Counted from the first letter of the whole stretch, positions 1 to 13,256 are shown. The stretch is 63,217 nucleotides of DNA, filler included, from Trichodelitschia bisporula (GCA_010356995.1; 13 parts of 11 records of this genome joined end to end with filler, not necessarily neighbours in it); one strand, 5' to 3'. A program made the numbers and translations. Notes: generated by a model from the letters alone, not told the origin.

Positions 1-1210
1 CCCCACTCATCTTCCACATCCTAACCCGATCCTAGCTCCCCCCTCCCCGACCACACCAGCTATTCAAGCCAACAATCCCCCAGACCACGGCCCCGAAGCG
101 CCGGAACCGGACCTCGAAGCGCCACCACCCTCCCAGCCCGCCCCACCGCCCGAAGGACTGTCCGCAGCGCACGTCGAAACGCAGAGTAGCATCCCTCTTC
201 TGGCGTAAGAGTGAGTTCTGAGTTGGGAGGTTGGGGGGATGCGGAGGTGCTGGGCTAGGCCTTTTGGTTATGCTGGGCTTGGATTGGAGGCGGAGGTTGG
301 GCTTTTGCTTGATTGATGGTTTTTGTCGTTGAATGCTGGCTTTGTCGTTGTCTGTTGGTTTTATCATTGTCTATTGGTCTTTTCGTCGAATGCAGGTCTT
401 TTCGTTGAACACTCATCTTTTCTCGCATGAAAAGGCTGACTTGTCTGGAGCGTGGAGCGAGGACCTTCCTCGAACATGGCGGGTGATCTTTCCTCGAATA
501 TTCGTCTTTCCCTGCATGCGGGAGGTTGATTTTTTCGGAACACTCGTCTTCCCATGAACACGGCCGTTGCTCTTTCCTTGAATGCGGAGATGGGGGGCTT
601 TTCCTGAATGCTAGTCCTAGTTATTCCATGAATACGCCCGCCGGTCTTCTATGAATGCCCGTCCTCCCCCCCAAACCATCACACCCCATACCACTCACAG
701 GAAGCCCCACGCCGGCCGAAACCCTACATATTATAAACTGTGTCCACCGGGAGTAGAAGAGCTTCGGAGGATACCAGGCACGCACAAAATTTACTCTCGA
801 AACTTTGACTCTCTCCTCTCCGATCTTTGTACAATCTTTCACTTCACATCATGGCTACTGCATGTGGCAAGTCCATGCCCCCGTTGAAACAATGCAGACA
901 TGCATCTAGTCGAATTCCCGTCTATCTACCCACGCCACCCATCCCATACACTCGCGCATACCCTCCCAGCGGCCCGGCCCGACCCAACTGCATATCCCAT
1001 CCCTTTCCCATCCCCATCCCCAACCCAAAAAATAACGAAAGCCGTATACACCACACAAAGCCAGCGCAACAAACACTCCTTTTAACTCTCCAAGTCCCGC
1101 TACCATAAACGCCTTTCCATTTCCCGTTTCCTTGCGTTCGTCCAGTCCAATCAAATCCAAATAATACCCGCAGCCCGTAGCCCGCCGTCCAGCCCCTCCA
1201 ATCCCTCCAA
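1..1210. repeat. Non-coding segment, inverted copy of ~18010-18752; contains a degenerate ~19-20 bp minisatellite (GCATTCAAGGAAAGAC-like on - strand, ~350-610)
   Basis: 1-92 is the reverse complement of 18661-18752; ~890-1100 matches rc of ~18120-18330; ~350-610 matches rc of ~18370-18620; indels between copies. Confidence 0.85.
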
Positions 1211-1461
1211 TCCGCGTCGTCCCCATAGTAGGACCAAAAACGCACTCCCCATGTGTGCTCCTCCATGATACTCTTACTCTAGTGCTAACTGCTTAGTGAG
1301 AGTAGGGGACAGGTCTGTCGGCCCACCAGCTATCGTGTATATAGCATCGGCACATCACCAAGCGCGCTCAACCATCAGCATCAGACATAAACCACTTAAG
1401 CACACATCATCTACGAAACGCCAAACGCGACCCTCATCTACCCATACAGCCCAACACCCCA

Positions 1462-2994
1462 TCAGCCACTATACCTTACATGCCCATTCGTGCCATTCTC
1501 CTTAACCCCATTCACCTTCACCTCCTCCTCCCTCTCCGGTACCCACTCCAATCCACTAACAACATCCCCATACTTCGCCTGCCACATATCCCCAAAATAA
1601 TTCCCCCTCGGCCTCCATTGGCCCACCGTTCCCGCCTTCGGCATCCGGTCCTTCGCAACCTCGAGATACGTCGAGCTGAGATTCAGCATCGCCGACGGCT
1701 GCATCCCCTCCACATCCAGACGAGGCACAACCGCCGCAGCCCCCTTCTCCTTCATCATCCTCAACAGCCTCGTAGTCATCTGCGCCGTCGCATCCGCGCC
1801 CAGCGTCCAGGACGCATTCGGATACCCAATCACAAACGACGCATTCGGCACATCCTGCATCATAACCCCTTTCCACATAAACTTCTCCCCCGGCTCCAAT
1901 CTCTCCCCATCAGCCCTCAACTCCACGCCCCCCGCAAACAGAATCTTTAGTCCCGTCGCCGTAACCAGCACATCAGCGGGCAGGAACGTCCCATCCATCA
2001 GCTCCACGCCCCCCTCCTTAACCTCCCTAATAACCCCAGTGGCAACATCCGCCTTCCCCGCCCTCAGCGCCTGGAAAAAGTCCCCATCAGGACAAAGACA
2101 CAACCGCTGCTCCCACGGATTATACCGCGGCTCGAAATGTGGCTTCACCGGCAGGCCCGGCGGCAATTGCGCAGCCGTAGCCTTGGCCAGCACCGCCTTC
2201 GCGAGCCCAGGCCACGCGCGGCAGAAGTAGTAGAACGAGTAGGCCACCAGCATGAACCGCATGCGATCGATCCAGCTCGCGACGCGTTGCGGGAGGATGG
2301 CGTGGAGGAGTTTCCCGACCGGATCGGCCTGGGGGAGCGCGAGGATGTATCCCGGACTGCGCTGCAGCATGGTGACTCGCGCCGCCGTCTCAGCGAGGAC
2401 GGGGAGCAGCGTCACGGCCGTGGCGCCGGACCCGATGATCACAACCCGCTTGCCCGCGTAGTCGAGGTTCGTGGGCCAGAACTGCGGGTGTACGATCGTG
2501 CCCTTGAAGTTCTGCAGGCCCGGGATGACCGCCTCAAGCGGTTTGTCGTAATCATAATACCCCGTCCCAACCACCAACCACCTCGCCTCAAACACCCTCT
2601 CCCCCTCCGGCGTGCCCGCCGTAACACGCCACCTCCTTGTCCCCGAGTCCCACTCCGTTTTCGTCGCGCGGTGCCGGAAGCGGATCTGCTTGTCCAATCC
2701 GTATTTCGCAGCCGCCTCGCGCAGATACGTGCAGATGCTGTCCCCGTCGGCGATGGGGATGCGCGCGGTCCACGGGTGCCACGCGAAGCCGAAGGTGTGC
2801 AGGTCAGAATCGGAGCGCAGGCCGGGGTATTTGAAGAAGTCCCATGTGCCGCCAAGCTGGTCGCGCGCTTCGAGGATGGTGTATGTTGTGCCCTTGGGGG
2901 CTTGGGTTTGGATCCGGTAGGCGCTGTTCAGGCCGCTGATGCCCGCGCCGAGGATGAGGACGTCGACGCTTGTCGTGGAGGTGGTGGGGGACAT
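1462..2994 (-). CDS. FAD-dependent Baeyer-Villiger monooxygenase, EthA-like (intronless, ~510 aa)
   Basis: GAGISG Rossmann motif, GGTWDFFKYPGLRSDSD, BVMO fingerprint FKGTIVHPQFWP, second Rossmann GSGATA; likely ATG at 2994 (MSPTTST). Confidence 0.92.
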   Translation of the reverse strand: MSPTTSTTSVDVLILGAGISGLNSAYRIQTQAPKGTTYTILEARDQLGGTWDFFKYPGLRSDSDLHTFGFAWHPWTARIPIADGDSICTYLREAAAKYGLDKQIRFRHRATKTEWDSGTRRWRVTAGTPEGERVFEARWLVVGTGYYDYDKPLEAVIPGLQNFKGTIVHPQFWPTNLDYAGKRVVIIGSGATAVTLLPVLAETAARVTMLQRSPGYILALPQADPVGKLLHAILPQRVASWIDRMRFMLVAYSFYYFCRAWPGLAKAVLAKATAAQLPPGLPVKPHFEPRYNPWEQRLCLCPDGDFFQALRAGKADVATGVIREVKEGGVELMDGTFLPADVLVTATGLKILFAGGVELRADGERLEPGEKFMWKGVMMQDVPNASFVIGYPNASWTLGADATAQMTTRLLRMMKEKGAAAVVPRLDVEGMQPSAMLNLSSTYLEVAKDRMPKAGTVGQWRPRGNYFGDMWQAKYGDVVSGLEWVPEREEEVKVNGVKENGTNGHVRYSG

Positions 2995-3980
2995 CGTGGC
3001 GGTGCTCGCGGGCGCGATTGTGGCGCGAGCTGGGGAAGAGAAAAGAGAAGCGCAAAGGGAAGCGCGAAGCGGAGTGTACGGTAGCAGAGTTGGAAATCCG
3101 CGCAATCCAACAGCAAACCCAATATTCAGCGCAGACCACTCGTCAAGTACTCGTCCCAGAGAGGCCAAATATCTCGCAACCTAGAACGAACCAACACATC
3201 CAACATCCAACAACGAACGCCACCAACCCGCCTTAAAATCAGCCCGCAGCCGCGCACGTGCAGAGCCGAGGTCCTGGTCCCTGCGTCTGAGCGCGGGCAA
3301 CTAGGACAGAATATAGGGCGGGCGCGCGAATTGCTCGTGATTTTAGAATCGATATTATTTCGGGGTTGGAAGTATGCATAGCGCGTGCTTTATCTCGTGC
3401 TAGTTTCGCGAGGAGGTGTGGCGAGCCGAGGCTCGGGGTGGCACATCCGGACGCGCGATCTGCCGTCGGGGATCGGAATCGGGTCCCGTACACCGAAGAG
3501 CTACGTCCTGAGCCGGAGTTGCATATCCCCCGCGGGGACGACAAACTAGCTTCCCAAGAGCGTTGTCCAAAAGCAACGCACTGCGCAGGTGGCATGAACG
3601 CCCATCGCGCGTGACGTATCCTACCGGCCGTAACCCTAGCGCCAACACGCCGAGCCGCAGGGCAGGGGCCTTAGTCGAAACCTGGATGTCGATGATGCGA
3701 GCCACGGCTTGGGTAGCGGATTGCATATTAATGCACGTGGACCTGATATGTAGGGGTCCCGTGGGATGGGGAAAATGGTGGGGGTTTGAAGTTGAGTGAC
3801 TGTTTGGGGAAGGCCGAGCGAGGCCAGATGCACCACATGCCACACACGCTACGGACTACAGCACCGCTTTCCACAATATTCGCAATAAAGGGTATCTACA
3901 GTACAGAAACGAAACGCCGCGCAGGCAATGCAAGTGCAAATATTTTCACTTCTCCCCCCCCCCCCGGGCCCCCCAAATCC

Positions 3981-5850
3981 TTACTCCAACTCATGAAACT
4001 CCCCCTCACGCCTCTGCTTCGCCGGCGCCGCGCCCGCATACACCACCCCATCCCCAGGCATCTCGTACTTCGCGCTCTCACCCGGCGCCTCCACCACGCC
4101 CTGATACGCGGGGCCCCCATCAGGCGCCGCCGCACCCGCCCCCGCGACACGGCGTGCGCGCCTCCGCCGGATCATCATGAAGGCGAGAGCGGCGAGGAGA
4201 ATCAGCCCGAGCACGACGCCGACGACGATGCCTGCGATCGCGCCGGGGGAGAGGCCGCTGGAGCTGCTAGACTCGCTGATGCCCCCGTTTGAATTACTGG
4301 AGCTGCCGCTGCCGCCTTTGGACCCGGACGAGCCGGTGCCGGGGCCGGTGCCTGAGCTTGTGGCGTTGGTGGCGCTGGAGAAGCGCTTGATGCCGAAGAG
4401 GGTCTTGAGGTCTTGGCTTAGAGCTTTGGGGATCGGGCCACTGCGCCAATTAGCCCTATCCATACCAAGCAGCAAGGGGGGACTCACTTATCAGAGTAAA
4501 AGTTCTGCACCACATCCGGCGACGCGTACTCCCCGCCATCGGCCTTGTATCCCGATTGCCACGACATGGTCTTCATGTCGAACACGCCCAGGCCCTGAGC
4601 GAAGTTGTCCTGCAGGTTGAACGGCTCCCAGTACGGATAGAGCTTCACCTCAACCGCAGTATTCAGGCCGCCGATCGTGAGCACCTGCCCACCACCGACA
4701 TGATGGCACGTCAGCGCGTGGCGCGGGTTGGAGGCTGGGTACGGCGCCTTGAACCAGTTGAACCCCGGCAGGGAAAGCACGTACGCTTCGTCGTAGGGAA
4801 TGGCGCGGGCGCCTAGATTCCCGCCCCAGCCGCCGTAGACCAAGATCTCGTACGTCTCGTTCGTGGACGCGACGCCGGCTATGCAGAACTCCTTGCGGTT
4901 CGAGGGCATGTTGCCCGTCGTGGACTGCGTGTACCAGCTGTCCGAGGCGGGGTCGTAGACTTGTACTTGTCCGATATCGGGGAATTGGCTTTTGGCGCCG
5001 ACTTGCTCGCCGCCGATTTGCACGAGCAGACCGCGGGGACCGAAGTTGGGCACGAAGTGCAGCGCGCCGCCTTGGATGGTGCCCGAGCTGAGTACGGAGG
5101 GCGTGACGGTCTTATTAGCCAGGTCGTGCGTCGTCATGTTATACACCAGCAGGCCCGGGGCGGGGATCTTGAACGCGTCGCCGTTGTTGCTGCCATCCAC
5201 GGCGCCGAAGCCGCCCAGCGCGTAGCCCATGCCGTCGCCGCTGGTGACGGCTGGGTTCCACGGCCGATTTTGCGACTGGAAGACCGTGGCGGTGTCGTTC
5301 ATGTTTGTCCACGTGCCGCTGCCGCTGTTGTCCGGCTTGAAGGACCAGAGGCCGTGCCATTGGGGCTTTGCGTCGCCGAAGGCGGAGCCGCGCCCGCCGA
5401 AGCCGGTGTATAGGGTTGTTTGCTCGGCGTCAGTCCAGAGGCCGCCTTGGGAGACGAGGTTGGGGACGCCGGAGGGCTTGGAGATGGATTGGAGTGTGAC
5501 GGTGGAGTTGGTCCAGTCTTTGGAGAGGTCGATTGCGATCAGTGTGTTGGCTGTGGGTGTCAGTTCGAGGTCAAGGAGAGGCGAGAGGGCGACGCACAGT
5601 ACTGGGTGGTCACGTTGGCGTCGATGTTCTTGTAGGAGAACTCGCCGCCGTCAATATAGACGAACTTGCCGAGGACGGTCGCTGCGACTGTTAGGAAGGG
5701 GCGTGGAACCGCTGTTCGAAACATACATGAGTGGCCTCCTCGTCGCCTGAAGGCTGTCGCGCCTATTGCACTATTTGCCTGACGCCTCTCCAGAGGCCAC
5801 GGCCATGCCGACACCATCGCTATGCACAAGGAAAGGGAAAGGACCTTCAT
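3981..5850 (-). CDS. Secreted, single-pass Kelch/galactose-oxidase-like beta-propeller membrane protein (4 exons)
   Basis: Signal peptide MKVLSLSLCIAMVSA; introns 5726-5682, 5597-5551, 4487-4441 with GT/branch/AG; Kelch-like YIDGG, YALGG, VYGG, TIGG motifs; Ser/Gly stalk; TM GAIAGIVVGVVLGLILLAALAF followed by RRRR. Confidence 0.8.
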
Positions 5851-6899
5851 CGTCACCTGGAAAACATTAAAGGCACAAATTAAGAGGCCGGCACTGCGAT
5901 CAGGTCCCGAGAACAGCGCGTCCTGGGCATATTAATGCTCGGGATGGAGCGGCGAAACACTCCCTCTAGTTAGGAGCAGTACGAGATTAGCAAGGACAAG
6001 AGCAAGTAGACGCCGACGATCGTTGGACGCCTTAGCCACGCTTGAACGTCTTGGAAGCCCATTATGGGCAAGGCTGAGCCCCCATATTTATAGTTTGACC
6101 AATTAAATATACGGATATCCCGGCGTCTGGGCGGGCGACAACAGGCAAGCGGGTCTTGGTTTGTGGCGGGGGCTGAAACGGTGGTAAATGCACTTGTTCA
6201 GGAAAGGCATTATGGAGAGATATTGCTCCGAGAAGTGCATATCCAGGATTTTAGGGGCTTACGGTCGAGACGTCACTGGTGGTGTCGCGTGCGTAGACAT
6301 TGAACAGCTTCCTCTTCGACAAGATCCAACGTTTTCGAGCATCCTGATACTGCCCCTTGAATTGACTAGTTGCACGCTTGCTTTTACGCGCCCAGGTCTA
6401 GAGACCTGTCAGTGAGAACTAGTAGCATTCGGTCCGACTCGACGCTCTGCTCGGATGGGAAAATGCCCGAGATGAGGCCCTCTATGTCAAAAAGATACCA
6501 CAGTTCTTCGTACGCAGTAGTTCACGTCAGGTGTCGATTCAGCTTCGAAGTTTGTGGCAAGTTTGGGAGGCCTTGAAGTCGAAGTCGAGGTAGTCATCGG
6601 ATGGCGAAGAAAGGGAAGTGCCAATTTCGGGTCACGTGATGCGGCGCAGTCCCGCGGCGCAGCACGCACAAGCCACGCGAAGCTCTCACCTCCCGAACTC
6701 GCTCTTACGACTCACGTCACGACATCCATCACCACTTTCCATCGCACACCTCCACCACCGAACGCTCAAGCTCTCACGCGGCTCTTCATCAGCCAATTGC
6801 ACAGTCATACCCCATCTGCACGCAACAGTCCCCTCATCTGCGCACAATCAACCCTCCCATTCTCCCACCACCACCCCCCAACGCGTCCCTCCCGTCACA

Positions 6900-7739
6900 A
6901 TGCCTCCCCGCAAACGCGCCCGCGTCACCCCCCTCACCGACACCCACAAAACCACCAGCAACACCACCACCGCCGCCCCCGCCGCCCCAACCCCCACCAC
7001 CCAGGCAACAGCCGACATCCTAACCGACCCCTGGACCGACGACGAAGAAATCCTCCTCTTCAAATCCATGATCCGGTGGAAGCCCACGGGCGTCCACAAA
7101 CACTTCCGCATGCTCGCGATCTCCAACGCGCTCTCCAGCCACGGCTACACCGCCGCCAGCTCGCCGCACACCCGCATTCCGGGTATTTGGGCCAAGTTAA
7201 GGAGCTTGTACGATCTGGATGCGTTGGATGAGAGAGAGAATCGGCATGCGGGGATGGAAACGCCGCGGGGTGGATCGCCAACGGGAGAGACCAGCGCCGC
7301 GCCGGGTTTCTTCACGCTCAAGCGTGCGGCCGACGAGGATCCGGATGCGCCGCCGCGGTCACCCCCGCCCTTCGCACTGCCAAACGACGAATTCGCGGAC
7401 GTACTCTGGGCGCGCCGGTTCAAGTCCCGGAGCCGCAGTCCGCCGGCTATCGAGGGACTAAACACTACTCAGCCGGAGCCGGGTGTTGTGCTGAAGGGGG
7501 CAGAGGAGGAGAAGAGTACGCCTGCGCCGGCGCCGCCGGTGGTAGTTGCGACGCGCGGGCGGGGACGGGGTAGAGCAGGCAAGGCGAGGGGGCGCGGAGG
7601 ACGGAGTACGAGGTCTACGCCGGCGGAGGAGGAGGCTAGTGCTGAGAGTGAGGAGGAGGGGACTGCGAGTCCGGCGCCGAAGGCTGTGAGGGGGCGGAAG
7701 CCGGCGAGGGGGGGGAGGCGGGGACGGAAGAGGGGATGA
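6900..7739 (+). CDS. EAF7: NuA4 histone acetyltransferase subunit Eaf7 (CT20/MRGBP family)
   Basis: WTDDEEILLFKSMIRWKPTGVHKHFRM...PGIWAKLRSLYDLDALDERE matches the CT20 signature; ATG at 6900 (MPPRKRAR). Confidence 0.88.
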   Translation: MPPRKRARVTPLTDTHKTTSNTTTAAPAAPTPTTQATADILTDPWTDDEEILLFKSMIRWKPTGVHKHFRMLAISNALSSHGYTAASSPHTRIPGIWAKLRSLYDLDALDERENRHAGMETPRGGSPTGETSAAPGFFTLKRAADEDPDAPPRSPPPFALPNDEFADVLWARRFKSRSRSPPAIEGLNTTQPEPGVVLKGAEEEKSTPAPAPPVVVATRGRGRGRAGKARGRGGRSTRSTPAEEEASAESEEEGTASPAPKAVRGRKPARGGRRGRKRG

Positions 7740-7932
7740 GGTGGGAGGAAACAGGAGAAGCACAGTCATGAGCATGATACCCCGGAACAAAAGCAGCAGC
7801 ATAGATGATATGCATGGATCAAAACTACTTTACACGCATGTAAGCAAAGATATCGCTGTACGCCTCCAACGCCGTGCCTCGTTTTCCCGCCCCGTGCTCC
7901 GGTCTTACTGTCTGCTTGAATATGGTACAGGA

Positions 7933-9238
7933 CTAGTCGTCTTCGGCTTCTTCGATGCTTGGCTGCATGTGACGCTGGACGACGCCACCCGGCTGCGAGT
8001 CCATACCGGTCGTCATGGTGTCGTGGCTGTGGTTGTGGTGAGTGTGGTCATGGCCGTCGTGGGAGTGATCATTGCCGTCGTGAGAGTGATCATGGCCATG
8101 GTGGTCGTGGTCGTGATGGGCATGATCGTGGTCGCCGTGCGAGTGCGAGTGGGCATCGCCATTGGCCGTCTTGGCCGCCCGCTTGGCTGCCTTCTCAGCC
8201 TTCTTCTGCTTCTTGAGCGCCTTGTCGGCCTTCTTGTCCTGCACCATATTAGCATTGCAACCTTACGACATTAGACGTCTGGACGACTTACCACTTGCCA
8301 GCCCCACAACGGGATGAAGGATTCCACGAAACCTACGTCCTCGAACAAGTTCGGGAAAAGCCAAAGTCCAGGGGGATGTGTAAAGAGGGTGATGCAAAAC
8401 AGGATCAAGCGGAAGATGGCCATGACGAAGAATGCGGCAACCAATCCCAACATTCCCATGCTCAGATACCAAACACCAATGCGGAGTTTCAGCGGCCAAA
8501 GCGGGAACATGACGACGACGAATACGAGCAGCAGCGCGCCCAGTGCGTACGCCTTCTGCTTCCACTGCGGGCCCTCGTACAGCCACATGTAGTGCATCTC
8601 ATCCTCGGCATCCTGTTGCTGCTCGATGCGCACAGTCCACAGGCCCTTGGCCCGCTTCTTCTTGCCGTGGTTGTGCCCCTCGTGGCCCTCTTCCTCGTCG
8701 TCCATTTTGCTCACCCGCAGTGCGAGGAGTGACAACGGCAACAGCTTGAAGACATTCTCAGCGGTGACCCGGTCCGTAACTGGTGGAAGGATGGGGTTCT
8801 TCTTGCGAGCCTTCTCGTACGCGGGGGACTGGAGAGCGCGCATCGCACGCTTGACTGCGGAAATTAGCCGCCATATAAAAACTCCACAGTCGACTAACCA
8901 CGAAACATATCCTTGCGCTTCTCCTGGAAGATACATGTTCGGGGCTTGAGGTCCTGCCCACGCAGCCAGTTCGCCACGGCGAGGGCCTCTGGCTTCGGCG
9001 CACCAGGCTGAACAGGCTCTTGTTGCTGCTGTTCATGTTGCTGCTGGGCCTGCTGTGCCTGGGCTTCCATTTGCGCGCGGTGTTGCGCGGCGGCTTGCGC
9101 CTTGAGCTGCTCGACGTACTGCTCCATAGACAGCCCCAAACGCTCGGCCTCGGAGCGCATGTGTGCTTGGATTTGGGCGATTTGCTCAGGTGTAGGGGCC
9201 TGGCCCGGCTGCAGATTAAATTGCGGAGGCGCAGACAT
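7933..9238 (-). CDS. SEC62: ER translocation protein Sec62 (3 exons; His-rich C-tail)
   Basis: Exons 9238-8899, 8854-8292, 8238-7933; MFRVKRAMRAL, two TM helices with MFPLWP, PPGLWLFPNLFEDVGFVESFIPLWGW. Confidence 0.93.
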
Positions 9239-9635
9239 GGCTGCGGTGGAAGTGGGGAAAAGAATGTCGTGAAGAGAAGGGCGGAATGTTCAAACGTCGA
9301 CAATATGTTGCCAGCTCAAAGAGGCCACCTTGGGAAGTGGCAGCGGGCTGAGCTAATCAGGGTTTCGGGGCCGATGCCAAGCCGAACAACCATTCACCAG
9401 GGGTTGTCACGTGTAGCTTGGCGTGGGTAGTGCGCGGCCGGAAAAACCTTTAGCGAGACGAGCACAAGTAGTTTTTTCGCGCGCGTTCTCCTTCTTGCGA
9501 ACATCGTCAATTCCGTCCACGACCGCCTCAAGAGACTGACTACCTCCCGCTCTAGCCAAGCGTGAGTATCTCTCTTGTGTGCTATTTGGCTCTCCACCAG
9601 AACTGATTGTTTAGTTCACACTCAGATCTCTCGCA

Positions 9636-10278
9636 ATGGGTAAGTTGACATTAGATGCTTGCCGAACTAAGCTAATTGTGCAGCGCCCAAGTTCGATCCC
9701 AGTGAGGTCAAGGTCATCCACCTCCGTGCCACCGGTGGTGAGGTGGGTGCCTCGTCCGCGCTGGCCCCGAAGATCGGTCCTCTCGGTCTCTCGCCCAAGA
9801 AGGTCGGCGAAGACATCGCCAAGGCGACGGGTGACTGGGTGCGTTCTTCCTCCGAAAGGTAGACTGCAGAAGAAAGACGGACTAACATCTTACAGAAAGG
9901 TCTCCGCGTCACGGTGAAGCTCACGATCCAGAACCGTCAGGCGGCGGTGTCGGTTGTTCCCTCGGCCTCTTCCCTGGTCATCAAGGCGCTCAAGGAGCCG
10001 CCCCGCGACCGCAAGAAGGAGAAGAACATCAAGCACACCAAGTCGATTCCCCTGGACGACATCATCGAGATCGCGCGCACCATGCGTTTCAAGTCGATGG
10101 CCAAGGACCTCAAGGGTACCGTCAAGGAGATTCTCGGTACTGCGTTCTCCGTTGGTTGCCAGGTTGATGGGCGTAGCCCCAAGGACATCCAGGCCGACAT
10201 TGACTCGGGCGAGATCGAGAGTGAGTCTTTTCGTCTTCATTTGTGATCACGCTAACGGTTGCAGTTCCTGAGGAGTAA
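9636..10278 (+). CDS. RPL12: 60S ribosomal protein L12 (uL11), 4 coding exons
   Basis: Exons 9636-9639, 9684-9838, 9896-10220, 10265-10278 splice to [11 protein letters not shown]...[35 protein letters not shown]...EIEIPEE*. Confidence 0.97.
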
Positions 10279-13256
10279 ACGACTGGGCGTCATGAAAAGT
10301 ATCATGAGTAATGAAGCCTAACGTGAACTGATTGATGTGACGTGACTGTGCAAGACATGCGACCCCGTTGCCAACACTCTGGCCCTGACCGCTCTCTTCG
10401 GATTGCCACCTATGGTCATGGCCTATTTTGGTGCAACGGAGAGGAACTGGCCCGTTACTCACCGCGGCGGCCTTGCCAATGGCCGTCGTGGTCCTTTTTT
10501 TGAGGTCTACATATCTTTGCTTGGGTTAATGATTAATTTGCCTTAACCTTTTTCGCCGTCCCTTACCGCAATGCTAGTTGTTTGCATGGACCATACGGAA
10601 CGGCGGGGAAGGTTAAGGCGAATTTATTATCATTCTGAGCGCTCGAGGATGAGCATTAGGTGGAGCATTTCTAGATGAATGCAATCAATTGTGACTTGTA
10701 TTCTGGTCGACGTGGCTTTTATATTTCAGTGATATTTCAGTGATGCGCGCGGCTCGATAGGCATTCATGGCCGGCCCTACACAGTATGCAGGCAACCTCG
10801 CCTCATCGCCCGATCACCGGTATGCCGTGCCGATCGCACGCCGAGTGGTTTCTGTGGGGTCACGGCTTACAGGCGGCAGATGGGGCGCATAAAGTGTCTG
10901 ATATCAGACTCTGTTGCCTAGCTGCGTCTTGTGGAGAGTAAGGTGGGGTAGCGTTGAGGTTCTTGATCTGTGTTCATCAAATTTGATATGGGGAACTGTA
11001 GATCTGGTCTCGGGACTTGTTATTAAGGTTTGGCAAGTGTATTTTCCGCACCGCTGGCAGGGATGGGGAAGGTGTATGCGTACGTTCCGCGGGCGGTGAT
11101 GGGGTGGGGTGTGTTCTGGCGGGCAAGAGTGCGGTGCTAAGCAAAAGACGACGCTTCGTGTGCTGGAAGGATGCGGGTACGTCATCTCCGCCTTACAGGA
11201 CCGGTAAGCAGCCTTCCGCTTTATCAGTCTTCATCGTGGCCTTTCGCCCTACAGCCTCGAACCCGAAGCTTAGCGTTACGGGTACCTAGCACGTGATTAT
11301 TGTGGCCCGCTGGACGGCTGGGCCAACGGCTACTGGAAAAGTTGTGACCGCTTCGATTTACAAAGACGATTAAGCGAGCAGCCATAACTTTTTTCAAAGG
11401 ACAGCGCTACGGGCGCAGGGTGGGCCCCGGTCAGCCCTGCACCTCCCACCGCATCTGCGCGGCTGCAGCTACGGGCGCCTATCACAGCGGGCATGGGGGG
11501 TGCTGACGAGGCGGTGCGGTGCTGGGCGACGCTGTGCTGCCAGTTACGAGGTGTGATGGGGAGCCTGGACAGGTACGGGCCTGGATACGGACTTGCGGAG
11601 GTGATAGAGATGGAGTGTTTGCATGGCCCTGTGTGGACGACGGGATTTCCGATACTGGGCTTTTTGATGCAGGCTAGTGGAGAGGTCGGTGGAGGTTGTG
11701 GCTGTGGGCGGGCGAATGAGGCGCCTTGGGTTGATCAAGCGTGGGAGTGGGGGAAGTGGTGACGGCGGATGGGCGGGCTTGGCGGCGGAGGGGCGGCGGC
11801 GTGGTGATGCGGGTTTGAGCTGGTGGGCGGGGAGCGGCTGGTGGGTGGGTGGGAGGTTGGAGGGGGGGTTTGGGAGGGAGATGATGGTGATGGGGAAGGG
11901 GAGATGATGGTGATGGGGAAGGGGAGATGATGGGATGGAGAGGGAGATGGAGGTGGGGGAGGGCAGACGCGGCTGTGATGGGAAGGTGGTGGTGGGGATG
12001 GGTGTGGGCGTTTTTGAAGGCTTGTATGCCGTTGCCTTGACGGTAGGGTTCGGGCTGGGCTTGCCCTGTGAAAAGGCGTTGAGGCGATGGTGATGGGGTG
12101 GAGGGTGTGGAGGTGTCTTGATTGAGGCTGGGGGTGAGGTGGCCTTGTGGGACGGAGAGAAGGCGAGGAAAAGATGAAGACGTTGATAATGTCGGCATCG
12201 GGATCGGAGAGATGTCAAAGGCCTTTTGCCGCCAGACAGTTGTCGTTGCATCGGCTGCGCCATCAGCGGCATAAGCATCACTAGCCTCAATCCATCATCA
12301 TCACAACATCACGCTTGTGTCAAGGCACAGCGCTGATCATCGCCAGTCCACAGAAAAATCCTATTCTCATATTCAAAGTCGGCGTAACACCTGTATCCAA
12401 TCCCTTGATCGAATTCCCCCTCCATTAATGTTCCTAAAAGCCGCCTCCATCCATCCACCACTCCCATTACGCCGTCTAGGGCCAGCCCAACACAAGCCGC
12501 GAACAAGCCAACCGCCTCTCTTGTTCTCCGTACTCTTTCCCTGTCCTCTCTGCAGCCATAAGTGCGGCTGTGCTTGTAGTGTGGTTGTGCGTGTACGTGC
12601 GTGCTCTATCTCTCTCCGTGGAGCGTGGGAGTTGCGCCAAAAGGTAAAAGGTCGGAGACTCCTCCTTTGGGTGTGTGTGCCAGCAAAAGAGTGCTCCTGC
12701 ACGAGTACCTGGTCTCTCGCGAGGTCTCCAATCTGCCCTGTCGAACCTGTCTGTCAAGTCAAGGCTGTTGGACAGGCAGAGAAGGCGTTCTGGGGTTGTG
12801 GTGTTGTGCTTGGGTCCGTTGCTTCAAGCTGCTCCCCTTCAAACTTACAACCTTCAAACTTCAACGTCCATCTTCCCGTCTCATCTCAACCACCACCATC
12901 GCTATCATCAACAACCAACATCCAACACTTTCCAACTCAACATCTCCAAACCCGCATGTGTAGCAGACATATTGATCGGCCGGGGCGCAATTTGCAATCC
13001 TAGTCTCCACCCCCTCCCGAACACTACACCCCCCCTCCACCCCCCCACTCCGCGCCAATCTCGAAAGCATCGCGAAAAACATCGTGTGTTTGTCCCGTCG
13101 CCGATTAGAAAAAGAAATCGCCTCCCCGCAGCTCGTAGTCAACCCATGGAAACACGCAACTAACAGCTCCTCCCTCCAAACAGTCGACCACGCCGCACCG
13201 GGCATCCTCACTCCCCGAAATGCTCAAAGCCCACGGGCCATCCCGCGAAGCTCACC

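Noticed and set aside
1..40. CTAACCC as a telomeric repeat
   Set aside because: Single unit only, and part of the duplicated non-coding segment
2137..3084. Long antisense/alternate-frame ORFs (also 13458-14402, 21346-22134, 46639-47328, 50414-51013)
   Set aside because: Shadows of GC-rich coding genes on the other strand or frame; no motifs
11544..13256. Pro/His-rich ORFs upstream of OGT
   Set aside because: Arise from purine/pyrimidine low-complexity tracts (GAGATGATGGTGATGGGGAAGG repeats); no protein-like motifs
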